Translations under genes and position numbers: made by a program
The notes under the pieces: model-generated
What the model was told of the DNA's origin: nothing
Seen by the model: only the letters and a program-made list of their open reading frames with translations
Databases searched by the model: none
Part shown: positions 52,370 to 64,000 of the stretch, piece after piece
How positions within the stretch are numbered: position 1 is the first letter of the stretch
Layout: each line of letters begins with the position of its first letter
Assembly: GCA_951406725.2 (NCBI GenBank)
Contig: OX597828.1
Location: 67,084,001-67,148,000 of the forward strand
Source: Octopus vulgaris
Taxonomy: Eukaryota
Reading direction: 5' to 3'
Length of the DNA: 64,000 nucleotides

Positions 52370-52907
52370 TATATGTATATATGTATGTATGTATGTATGC
52401 ATGTATGTATGTATGTATGTATGTATGTATGTATGTATGTGTGTATGTATGTATGTATGTATGTATGTATGTATGTATGTATGTATGTATGTATGTATGT
52501 ATGTATGTATGTATGTATGTATGTATGTATGTATGTATGTATGTGTGTATGTATGTATGTATGTATGTATGTATGTAGGTATGTATGTAGGTATGTATGT
52601 ATGTATGCATGCATGTATGTATGTATGTATGCATGCATGCATGTATGTATGTATGTATGTATGTATGTATGTATGTATGTATGTATGCATGCATGTATGT
52701 ATGTATGTATGTATGTATGTATGTATGTATGTATGTATGTATGTATGTATGCATGCATGTATGTATGTATGTATGCATGCATGCATGTATGTATGTATGT
52801 ATGTATGTATGTATGTATGTATGTATGTATGTATGTATGTATGTATGTATGTATGTATGTATGTATGTATGTATGTATGTATGTATGCATGTATGTATGT
52901 ATGTATG
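52370..52907. repeat. (TATG)n array
   Basis: Direct reading. Confidence 0.95.
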
Positions 52908-53306
52908 TGTTTTATCTATTTCAAATCTATTATTGTTTATACTTGGCTAATATGTATATTGAGAAGCGGTGAATGATCTGAACAAAATATATCACGAAAC
53001 GAATATTAATTGAAAAAGTGTATAATATATTGTGCCTTAAAACAACGGATTTAACTAATGTACGTGGGAGAGAGGAAGTTTATGCAACGAAAAGCAACAT
53101 TAAAGGAAATTTTTTTAAAAAAGCAGAAAAAATAGCTTGAGTGTTAAGAAGAACAATATACAAACACGAAAAAAGACATCAACACTTCCGTTGCTCTGGT
53201 TTCCAAAATCTTAGAACAAATATCAGAAAGTTTGTGTGGGTGTATGTTTATACGTTTAAGAGATTACACACACACACACATAAACAGACAGAAGCATTAG
53301 CATATA

Positions 53307-53360
<54 letters not shown>

Positions 53361-53578
53361 GTGTGTGTGTTTGTGTGTATGTGTGATTATACAAACACAA
53401 TGTATTACTTACTTTTCAAGTTTTTTAATTGGAATGATAAATAAACAATTTGAAACAAGGCAAAAGAAATTCATAGAAAATATATATTAAGTCATATAAA
53501 CCTGTACGCTCGGGTATATGTACGTAAGAAGTAAGAATTGTGCATCTGTATACATATACATATATGCATACACTCACT

Positions 53579-53628
<50 letters not shown>

Positions 53629-53698
53629 TATAGATATATATACATGCATATACATACATATATTTATATATACAAATATAGATATGCATACACGTATT

Positions 53699-53754
<56 letters not shown>

Positions 53755-53760
<6 letters not shown>

Positions 53761-54599
53761 CAATAATAATAAAGGGTAAAATTAATTAATTAATTAGTAA
53801 TTAATAATTCCACCGGGTAGTATTCGGCATGTTAAAAGGGCCATTTTCGGTAAACTTAAACAAAACTTTTTATAATTATGAGTAGAATTATAATTAGGGT
53901 TCAGCAAAAAAAAAATTGCTTCTCCACACACCGAACTTTAGAAATAGCAGCCAAAGAACTTAGCTATTTCTTCTACTATAAGAAGAAACTCCCGGACAAC
54001 ATACACTCAAAACAATTCACGTAGGCAGAGAGAAAAAACAACGAAATTCACTCAGTATCTGATTACCAGTGGACGCGTTTCGGAATTAGATCGATATGAA
54101 AAATGCAAAAATCACACTTTCATTCGATCATTTTCCTCCTCAGCACAGCATTTCAAGATTTTAGATTTGAGAACACTGAAAACATTGACCATACCTATCT
54201 GATTCAAGTAAAATCAGACAAACCTTATCCAATGACCAGTACCAACAAATTCAAAATATACGAATGTGGTCTCGTATTCTCCATCACCCATCCACGCGTG
54301 TTGTCGAGTAAAAAAAAAATTCTACAGTAAAAGCTGTAGTTTATTATCAGGGAGAGAATTATATTATCAATAATAATAAAGGGTAAAATTAATTAATTCA
54401 TTAATTAGTAATTAATAATTCCACCAAGTAGTATTCGCATGTTAAAAGGACCATTTTCGGTAAACTTAATATATTTTTTATAGTTATGAGTATAATTATA
54501 ATTAGGGTTCAGCAAAAAAAATGTGCTTCTCCACATACCGAACTTTAGAAATAGCAGCCAAAGAAGTTAGCTATTTATTCTACTATAAGAAGAAACTCC
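53755..54599 (-). mobile_element. PLE-pLTR-like partial tandem (607-bp period, ~235-bp direct repeats) with hammerhead
   Basis: caataataataaagggtaaaatt...agaagaaactcc starts at both 53761 and 54368; the hammerhead lies between them. A related segment occurs at ~5045-5190. Confidence 0.7.
54069..54146 (-). ncRNA. Type-I hammerhead ribozyme motif with extended stem II
   Basis: Minus strand: GTG-CTGAGGA-GGAA..GATCGA.ATGAAA...TTTCAT.TCGATC..TTCC-GAAA-CGCG-TC-CAC. Confidence 0.75.
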
Positions 54600-54835
54600 T
54601 ATATGCAACTCATGAGTTTTTCACAGACTTTCTCGGGAACTTGATCATGTCAGCGGTGCCGCAGCCTGATCTGAAGCTACACTGTGTTTCTGGATAGATG
54701 TCATCTATTGCAAGCTTGCTTATTCTGTTCAGAATTACTCTTGCCAAAACTTTCTCTGCAATTCACAAGAGAGAAATTGCCGCGTGCATTATCGCAGACA
54801 GTTTTTCTTCCTGTTTTCGAAGAATGACGATAAGC
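54600..54835 (-). mobile_element. RTE RT fragment
   Basis: CDNARG / IAEKVLARVILNRISKLAIDDIYPETQCSFRSGCGTADMI. Confidence 0.75.
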
Positions 54836-55079
54836 ATGCTTAATGAATGCATGCTTATTGCTTTCGAAGAAAACATTGATATTATTCCGGAGGGAATAAA
54901 ATGATGTAAAACAATGCAATCAATTCGTCAGGGAAAAGAGAGAAACAAAACACATCAATAAGCTATTTTAACCGAATGTGATTATCGCGTATATGATGAA
55001 GGGGAACTGTTAATAGATTTAACGTCAAAGGCAATTTAGAGAAAGAAAAGGAGGAGAAAGAAAAACATTAGCAGAAAAT

Positions 55080-55590
55080 TAAGACCTATGACTTATTTGT
55101 CCTTCTAGCTCTGATATCGGTGTACTTAGCAAAAATATTCTAGATAAATATATTCCTAATTTAGCTAAAAAAAATTAAAGCTTAATTTATGGTCTAATTC
55201 GTTCCAAGTGATCGACTGCTTTAATTCTATTAATAACAAGAAGTACACTAAGTTTATCCAGTTCCACATTTCTAGTTACTATTCCTCTATTAACCCAATT
55301 GTACACAACAAAGCACTCTGGTTCGCACACAACAAAGCACTCTGGTTCGCACACAACAAAGCAGGTCCTTCCAGGGATGAAATTAACGCGGTGTTAGCTG
55401 TCAAAAAAATCAATCATTAAATCGGAAAACAAACTATGGGTCCGTAGAGATACGTCTGACAGTTTTGATGTCACGATGGGAAGTTCTGACTCAGCACAAT
55501 TGGCTGATTTAGCCGGTATATATATATCCTTTATAAGGTAGCTGACCAATTTCCAAACATCAATGGAGGCTTATATCGTAACGATTATCT
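55080..55590 (+). pseudogene. Penelope-like element reverse transcriptase fragment
   Basis: LICPSSSDIGVLSKNILD; KFIQFHISSYYSSI; LWVRRDTSDSFDVTMGSSDSAQLADLAGIYI; GGLYRND (degenerate YxDD). Frameshifted. Confidence 0.75.
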
Positions 55591-55684
55591 TCTTTACCTG
55601 CAAAATACACACACAAATGTATACACACACATGCATCGTCCCTCAAAGCATATGTAATCTGGTTGACTGACCAAGCAGTTCTCG

Positions 55685-57645
55685 TTGGTCTTCCCAAGAA
55701 GAAGAAACACAAGCCCTGGGTGACGAAGAAGGTTAAACGAGAACTTCGACTCAGAGATATTGCTTGGGCTGAATTCAAAAATCTAGATTCAACTGCAGCT
55801 TTTGAGGTGTACAAAATTCAACGAGACCGAGCCGTGAAATTGAAAAGGAAAAACGCTTCAGATATGAATACAGAATCGCGGCAAACGCCAGTCGCAATCC
55901 AAAAACCTTCTTTGCCCATGTCCAACGGAATTCCCGCTTGAACAACCAAATTGCAACGTTGGTAGACTCAACAGGCGTATCGATTGAGGACCCTTATCAA
56001 CAGAGTCAGTTATTTGCCGAGGCTTTTTCAACTATTTTCAAACAAGATGATGGTCGTGAACCCCCTCCATTTGATAGATCGGTACCTCCAATGCTTAGAT
56101 TGGTCATCATGCGGGACGAAGTCGAAGGCGTTATTCAAGGCCTCGATGTCAACAAGGGTCACGGCCCTGACGGCACACACCCACGAGTTATCAAAGCGTT
56201 GGCTCCGGTCATCTGCGAGTCTTTAACACGTCTATTCAATATGTCATTGGCGACGGGTATTATACATGCGGACTGGAGAACAGCAATGATCTGCCCAATT
56301 TTCAAGAAAGGGAGCCGCGAAGATCCGCTTAACTACCGACCGGTTTCCCTGACTTCAATAATCAGCAAGATGTTCGAAACCATCCTTAAGAAAAGTATGA
56401 TGCTCCACCTCCAAAACACAGCCTCTATCTCTGATTCCCAACACAGCTTCGTTCCGAAGAGATCATGCTTGACCAACTTACTGGTAATGGAAGAATTGGT
56501 GACGCGCATCCTCGATGATGGTGATGCTGTTGACATCGTTTTATTGGACTTTGCCAAAGTTTTTGACTCGGTAAACCACCGCCTATTACTTGTCAAGCTT
56601 CAAGCATATAGCTTCCATCCGGATATTGTACAATGGGTTGGTGCCTTCCTCTCAGATCGCTCCTTCCAAGTCCAAGTTAATGGTTCGCTGTCCGACGCCT
56701 CCAGTGCAAGCAGTGCTTGGGCCGTTACTGTTTTTAGTCTTCATAAATGACTTACCCGACGACCTCACGCAACACACCCTTCTATTTGCCGATGATGCTA
56801 AACTGGTCGCTCCTCGCGGTGATATAGAGGATCTTCGTCGATGCCTCCACCAAATTTGGAGATGGTCTAACGAATGGGACCTGTGTCTGAACGTGTCAAA
56901 GTGCTGTCATCTGCCTGTTGGTTCTTCTCCTGCAACTCAACTTGATTTCGAGCCGGGTCGTCTGCTGCTGGAGAGGACCGACCAGGTAAAGGACCTGGGT
57001 ATCTTGGTGGATTCTTCCTTTTCGCCTTCGCCCAGTGCGTCCATGCAGCCAACAAAGCACGCGGAGTTCTGTTCTTGATTCGACGGTCATTCGGAATGCT
57101 CACAGCTGCCATATTCCTACCGCTCTATGTCGCGCTGGTCAGACCCATATTGGAGTACGGGATTCAAGCCTCTTCTCCTTATCTCCTCAAAGACATACAG
57201 CATCTCGAAAGAGTCCGGCTCTTGGTCTCAAGCATTTTTCTTATGAAGAAAGGCTGAAGACGCTCGACCTTTATTCTCTAGAAAAACGACGACGCCGTGG
57301 TGATCTCATTCTTGCTCACAACATCATAAGCGGAAAGTGTAACCTCTCGAAAGAGCTGTTCTTCACTCCTGCTCCAGAACGTCGGCTGCGGGGTCACTCC
57401 GAAAAGCTCTATCTGCGACGATTTCATCTCAATCGAAGGAGAGGGGCTTTCTCCGTCCGGGTTGCGGATCCGTGGTATAAGCTGCCGGACGAGATAGTAA
57501 AGATGCCGACGACCGCTCGGTTCAAAGTCTCCCTTGACCACAAGTGGCCTGAACTCTTTACATGAACACCATCCTGTACATAATTCCATGTGCCCCTACA
57601 TGGCCTTGCTTTTTGCTTTTTGAGCCAAATAATTAACTAACTAAC
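55685..57645 (+). mobile_element. CR1-clade LINE, 5'-truncated ~2 kb with RT domain and intact 3' end
   Basis: KPWVTK; GPDGTHPRVIK; IFKKGSREDPLNYRPVSLTS; LDFAKVFDSVNH; LGPLLFLVFINDL; FADDAKL; YSLEKRRRRGDLI. 3' UTR hairpin ccatgt/acatgg and (taac) tail; several frameshifts. Confidence 0.93.
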
Positions 57646-57654
57646 ATATATATA

Positions 57655-57792
57655 TATACGATGGGCTTCTTTCAGCTTCCGTCTACCAAATCTACTCACA
57701 AGGCTTTAGTCGGCCCGTGGCTATAGTAGAAGACACTTGGCCAAGGTGCCACGCAGTGGGACTGAACCCGGAACCATGTGGTTGGTAAGCAA
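57655..57792 (-). mobile_element. SINE A 5' half
   Basis: Reverse complement of the family A head and CORE-like body. Confidence 0.8.
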
Positions 57793-58269
57793 GCATAAGT
57801 GTGTGTTGCGCGCGCGCGTTTGTGTGGGTGTATAAGAACAGAAATGGCCGAAAATATGTAGTGTGTGTAGGTGGGTGTATGCGTGTGTGTGCTTGGGAGA
57901 TGAAGTGTGCATGTGTGTGTGCATGTGGTACGTATGTGTATGTTCATGTGTGTTCGTGTGTATGTGTATGAACATGCTGCTCCTGTAAGTGCGAGAGTGT
58001 CTTAAGGGCTGTGTGCGTGTAAATTGTGCGCATGTGTCTATGAATCAATGAGCTAATACAATGTGTATAGTATGTGTACGTTGGGGTAGATGATTTTGCG
58101 GGCAGGTCTTGGCGAACGATGTAAAACTGTAGTTTAGGTAAATTGAAAGTAGGAATTTAAGCCAAAGAAGGTGAAAGTCCATAGAGGGGAGACAAACTCT
58201 GAAAGCAAGAGGTGAGAGAGTTGTTGAATGGAATGGTCTGTAGAGTGGGATTGTCAAATCACTTATAAC

Positions 58270-58539
58270 TAAGATTGGTTTTCAGCCAATTAGACAGATT
58301 TGCTCAAATTGGTCCCTGCACCAAGAGAGGACCCAGCGCACATGCTCAAACGGAGGACGCTATGATGAATTTTTAATATATCATTGTGGCTACTGGTCGA
58401 ACCGAAACCCCTCGACGCTTTTTGGCTGGGACTGGCGTCCTATACGAAGCATAAAGTATCAATCTTCAGCTTTTGTAAAGTAGAATTCTCCACTAGCAAT
58501 TCTCTAATTGAGCCCTGCACTGGGCTAGCGCCGGCCCTG
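58270..58539. mobile_element. hAT-like MITE, second copy
   Basis: Colinear with 26816-27083; ends gcgccggccctg; degenerate 8-bp flanks cttataac/cttgttat. Confidence 0.7.
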
Positions 58540-58978
58540 CTTGTTATTCGTTGCCAGGTTACATAACCTCTGAGATGCGTCGGACAGTCGACGAGAATAA
58601 TAAACAAGGCATATAAGAATATGGGGCTGCGCTAGAAAACTATTTACAGTGAATAAGATAACAGAATGTACAACGATGCAAACGTAATCATATATAAAAA
58701 AGCCACAAATATTTAGAATATCGAATAAAATGTGTATAAACACAAATACAAACTCATTAAATGGGAAATGTATTCACATGCCATAGATGGAGAAATAAGC
58801 AGATATATAAAATAAGTGGAAGGTGTATATAGAGGTAGATTATTTATGAGATTTATTTGTATGATGCACTCAAATGTTATTATAGAGAAGGGACAATATG
58901 GAAGAGAAAATGGGGGTGGGTAGAGTAACTTGCAGCCTGAATTGATTGAAATAATTGTGTATTATAATAAAAGCAATT

Positions 58979-59157
58979 GGCGTAACTTCGGTATATGTAC
59001 CGGAAGTACCAGATACATTTCAAGAAAGTGTTTTTTTAATATATATAGTGGGGGTGTTAGGGTTAGGGTTTGGGTGGGAGAAAAGGGTTTCTGTTATCTT
59101 CAGAAATGTAAACAAAGCCACTTCCGGTACTTACGGTACTTATACCGAAGGATCGCC
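58979..59157. mobile_element. MITE with ~32-bp TIRs, perfect 9-bp TSD and internal TTAGGG repeats (Merlin- or MULE-like)
   Basis: TSD aaagcaatt at 58970-58978 and 59158-59166; TIR ggcgtaacttcggtatatgtaccg versus reverse-complemented ggcgatccttcggtataagtaccg. Confidence 0.85.
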
Positions 59158-59455
59158 AAAGCAATTAAATAAAAAAGATTTTTAGGTATCTTAAAAATTA
59201 TTATTTACTATAATATGAAATTTATGAACCATTTGATTTGCTACCAATTGAGTCATTGAGGGAACAGCCCTGACTTCGATGACACAAAACGGAGTAAGCG
59301 ATAAAGGGAGGTAATAACGAGTTACGTTATGGGTTAACATCGTATGAGCTGAAATGGGAGAATTTTTCGGGTACTAAAACGTAGACAATTAGTGCTTAAC
59401 AGTAAGTTGGTAATGGAGATTGTTCTCTGTTTTTGTGTTTATTAGAAACTATTTA

Positions 59456-59877
59456 GGTGCAGGAGTGGCTGTGTGGTAAAGAGCTTGCTAACCAGCTACA
59501 TGGTTCCGGGTTCAGTCCCACTGCGTGGCATCTTGGGCAAGTGTCTTCTGCTATAGCCCCGGGCCGACCAATGCCTTGTGAGTGGATTTGGTAGACGGAA
59601 ACTGAAAGAAGCCTGTCGTATATATGTATATATATATATATGTATGTGTGTGTGTTTGTGTGTCTGTGTTTGTTCCCCTAGCATTGCTTGACAACCGATG
59701 CCGGTGTGTTTACGTCTCCGTCACTTAGCGGTTCGGCAAAAAGAAACCGATAGAATAAGTACTGGGCTTACAAAAAGAATAAGTCCCGGGGTCAAGTTGC
59801 TCGACTAAAGGTGGTGCTCCAGCATGGCCGCAGCCAAATGACTGAAACAAGTAAAAGAGTAAAAGAGTAAAAGAGTA
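59456..59877 (+). mobile_element. SINE family A, intact reference copy
   Basis: tRNA-like head, tcttgggcaagtgtctt CORE-like motif, internal microsatellite, tail ending (gtaaaaga)x3; tattta on both flanks. Confidence 0.92.
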
Positions 59878-60329
59878 TTTAAAAAGCCGCACGGACTGCG
59901 GATTTTTAAGATAACTGCTGAGAGCTACTTGGGCCTGCGGCACAAAACTAAAGAGAACAATAATAATAAAGCATTTATTGGTACCCTACAAATGTGGAAT
60001 TATCCTACCAATATGGTATTACTTTAAATTCAGTTTAAATGTGTAGTGTGATGGAGGAAGAAGAGAACAGAAAAAGAAGCAAACGGGAGAAAGAAATACA
60101 AAGACCTGACCTGTTGACCTCGGCGGGATGAGCGATCACTGTCAAGAAATAAACACGGCCTTGCACGCAGCCGTCCCTGCTCGAACTGCCCGCACGTGTT
60201 TCCTGCCCACGCATGACTCGTGGCTGTTCCACAGGTCCCTGCAGTCTTCACTTCCGTCTACCTCATCTGCAATCCTCTCCACCAACAACACATAGCTCAT
60301 CACAGCCCATAACACCACAAACACCACAA

Positions 60330-60573
60330 AATGAAAAAAATTGTAAGATCACATATTCTTTTAAAATTTGAATTTCCAACTGTTAGCTTATAACAAAATC
60401 CTCATCCAGACCTGATCCCAATGCTGGATGTTCGTGAAGCAAACGAAGGGCAGATTTTCAATCCCAGGATCATCCTGATTCCAGAAAGTCTACATTTGCT
60501 CTACAGAGAAAATGTAGACTGTGATACAGGGGTTTCGGACGGACAAACAGAATTTCGCGTTTATTATTATAGA
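60330..60573 (-). mobile_element. Probable Helitron 5' end
   Basis: Minus strand A|TCTATAATAATAAA followed by ctgtttgtccgtcc, the same architecture as the 5' ends at 30225 and 42907. Confidence 0.5.
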
Positions 60574-60616
60574 TATTATATACTATAGCAATGCATACAC
60601 ATACATACATACATAC

Positions 60617-60647
<31 letters not shown>

Positions 60648-61243
60648 CATACATACATACATACATACATACATACCAGTAATTACTGGGAAACATGGTT
60701 ACATAACTCGGCATCCACATTAAGAATCATAATCGAAGTTCTTGTACTGATGTGACCCTGCCTGATAATAATAGCCACTGTAACAAAATATACATTCCCA
60801 ACATTAACCGATCACCTGATGGGCAACGCCCTGGTTTGATAATAATGATAACGATAATAATAATTATAATGATGATGATGATGATGATGAGAAGGAGGAG
60901 GAGGAGGAGTATGGGGAGGAAGATAACGACGATGATGGTGACGATGACGATGACGATGTTGATGATGGTGATGGTGATGATGATGATAATGATGATGATG
61001 ATGATGATGCTGATGATGATGCTAATGAATTTATTGATGACAGTATTGAAAATATTGAAAATAATGATGATTATGATCGACCTAGAAGAGTTCAGTATTG
61101 GTCAGTTAGATCTAACAAAGTTGGCAACATACACCAGTTCAAAAATCAATAATCAATACATCTTTAATATTATTTCCTGACAGTCAATGCGTTTAGAGTT
61201 AGATTACTGAAAGCTGACAAATAAAAAAGGTGAAGTGTACTTT

Positions 61244-61244
<1 letters not shown>

Positions 61245-61338
<94 letters not shown>

Positions 61339-61960
61339 GTACACACAAACACACGTGTGTGCGTGTGCTTGCGTGGTGTATGTGTGAGTACATGTGTATA
61401 AATGTTTTCGCATGCGTATGTATATAAATGTGAGATATAATACATACGTACACATATGCATACATACATTGATACATAACCTGTGTGAGTATGTAGGTCT
61501 GTATATATATATATATGTGTGTGTGTGTATGCGTGTGTGTGTGCATGTGTGTGTATATGTATATATATAATACATATATAGTATATACATGTGCATACAC
61601 ATGTGTGTATATATATGTATATATATATATATAGTATATATATACACACGCACACACATAGTATATACATGTGCATACACGTGTATATATATATATATAG
61701 TACACACACACATATATATATGCAATTACACATGCAAATATACACAAGTACGTGCACACACATGCAAGCATATATTTGTTTGTGTGTATGTCTGTGTCTG
61801 TGTCTGTGACTGCGTGTGTAAGTGTGTGTATGTGTGTATGTGTGTACATACATTCAGGCATACATACAAACATACATGTACATACATATATATATATATA
61901 TATATGAATACACACACACTTACACATGCACTCGCATACTTGCACACACATATTCTAAAA
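61245..61960. repeat. (CA)n and degenerate TA/CA microsatellites
   Basis: Direct reading. Confidence 0.9.
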
Positions 61961-62409
61961 ATAGATTATTGGTCATAACGAAAAACATCACATGTGCACG
62001 CACACATACACATACGCTCACACGTATACATACGCTCACATACACGTACAATCACACGTACACACAATATCGTATATATAAACATGCACACCAGATAAGC
62101 ATACATGTACAGATTAACACACAAACACACACATTCACACCTAGATACAAACTGATGCAGATACCCCCGTAAACACAGGCTACTCGCATCACTTGAAAGA
62201 AACAAAATTTTTATTCCTGTTTATTTGTATATTTTTTTGATTAATAAATTATATAAACTAGAAAATAATTTTAAAAAGAAACATTAACGATAACATTTAA
62301 AAAAAAAAATTAATTTAGCTTTTAATTCTAAGATAATTTAGACTTGAAGAGAACAGCCGTACAATGCGAAGTATGACTGATAACACCGGTTTCGAGCGTA
62401 GTGCATCGG

Positions 62410-63180
<771 letters not shown>

Positions 63181-63559
63181 ATCGAACGATAAAAATACAA
63201 ACAACACACACACATTTGTATATGCACAAACACTCACACACACAAACATTCACACACACACACACACATGAATCTTTATGTGTGGGGTTGAGGGTGGGTG
63301 TGTCTCTCTGTATGTATGTATGTATATATATATATGTAATATACATATGTATATATGTATATGTGTATGTGTAGGTGTGTGTATGTATTTATGCATGTGT
63401 AAAGTGAAAGAGATAGAAAATGACATAAAAATTTAATTGGGTGGATTATTTATTTGTTTGTTTATGTGTTTGTTCGTTTTTTTGCTTGTTAGTTTCTTTG
63501 TGTTTCGAGAGAGAGGGACGGAGAAGAGGACAGGTTGGAATGTCACAAGATAAAATATG

Positions 63560-64000
63560 GCGAAAGAGGGAAAGTGGGGAAGAGAAGATGAGAAAGAGAG
63601 AGAGAGAGAGGGGGGGGAATTTGGTGTGAAAGAAAGAGATAGAGAGAAAGAGGGAGGAGTGGAGTGAAAGAGAAGTGAGGTGTAAGACAGAGGGGTAGAG
63701 ACTAAGAAAGAGAGGTAGCGAGAAAGGGAGGTAGAGAGTAAGAAATTGAGGTAGTGAGAGAGAGAGAGAGAGAGAGAGAGAAGGGGAGAGAAAAATGGAG
63801 TAAAGGGTAGCGAGAAAGAGAGAAAGGTAAAAATGTAAGAAAAAGGAGGTAAAGGAAAGAAAGAGAGGTAGAGATGAAGAGAGAGAGGTAGAGAGAAAGA
63901 GAGAGAGTATGTAAGAAAGGGAGAGAGAAAGAGAGAGGTGAAAAGTAAGAAAGAAGGTGGTCAGGAAGAGAGGGGTAGAGAGTGAAAAAAAAGAGTGAAG
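63560..64000. repeat. GA-rich low-complexity tract
   Basis: Direct reading. Confidence 0.9.

Overview
AT-rich, microsatellite-dense eukaryotic DNA with no host protein-coding gene I can support. The SINE and repeat complement is what I associate with an octopus (coleoid cephalopod) genome; this is inference from recognising repeats, not a database result. Nearly all ORFs in the supplied track are translations of simple repeats. The real content is a layer of mobile-element remnants: three or four tRNA-derived SINE families (about 30 copies, some nested or multimeric); fragments of CR1/L2-group, RTE, R4/Dong-type (RLE) and L1/Tx1-like LINEs; a Penelope-like (PLE) reverse transcriptase fragment; mariner remnants; hAT-like and Merlin/MULE-like MITEs; and two complete non-autonomous Helitrons. 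The most notable signal is a set of at least seven minimal type-I hammerhead ribozyme motifs in short non-coding elements sitting in or beside microsatellites. The best is a 360-bp unit at 32061-32771, present in tandem and inverted form with a circularly permuted junction and a U3-A8 covariant hammerhead core, which looks like a retrozyme or PLE-derived mobile RNA. Coordinates of degraded elements are approximate.
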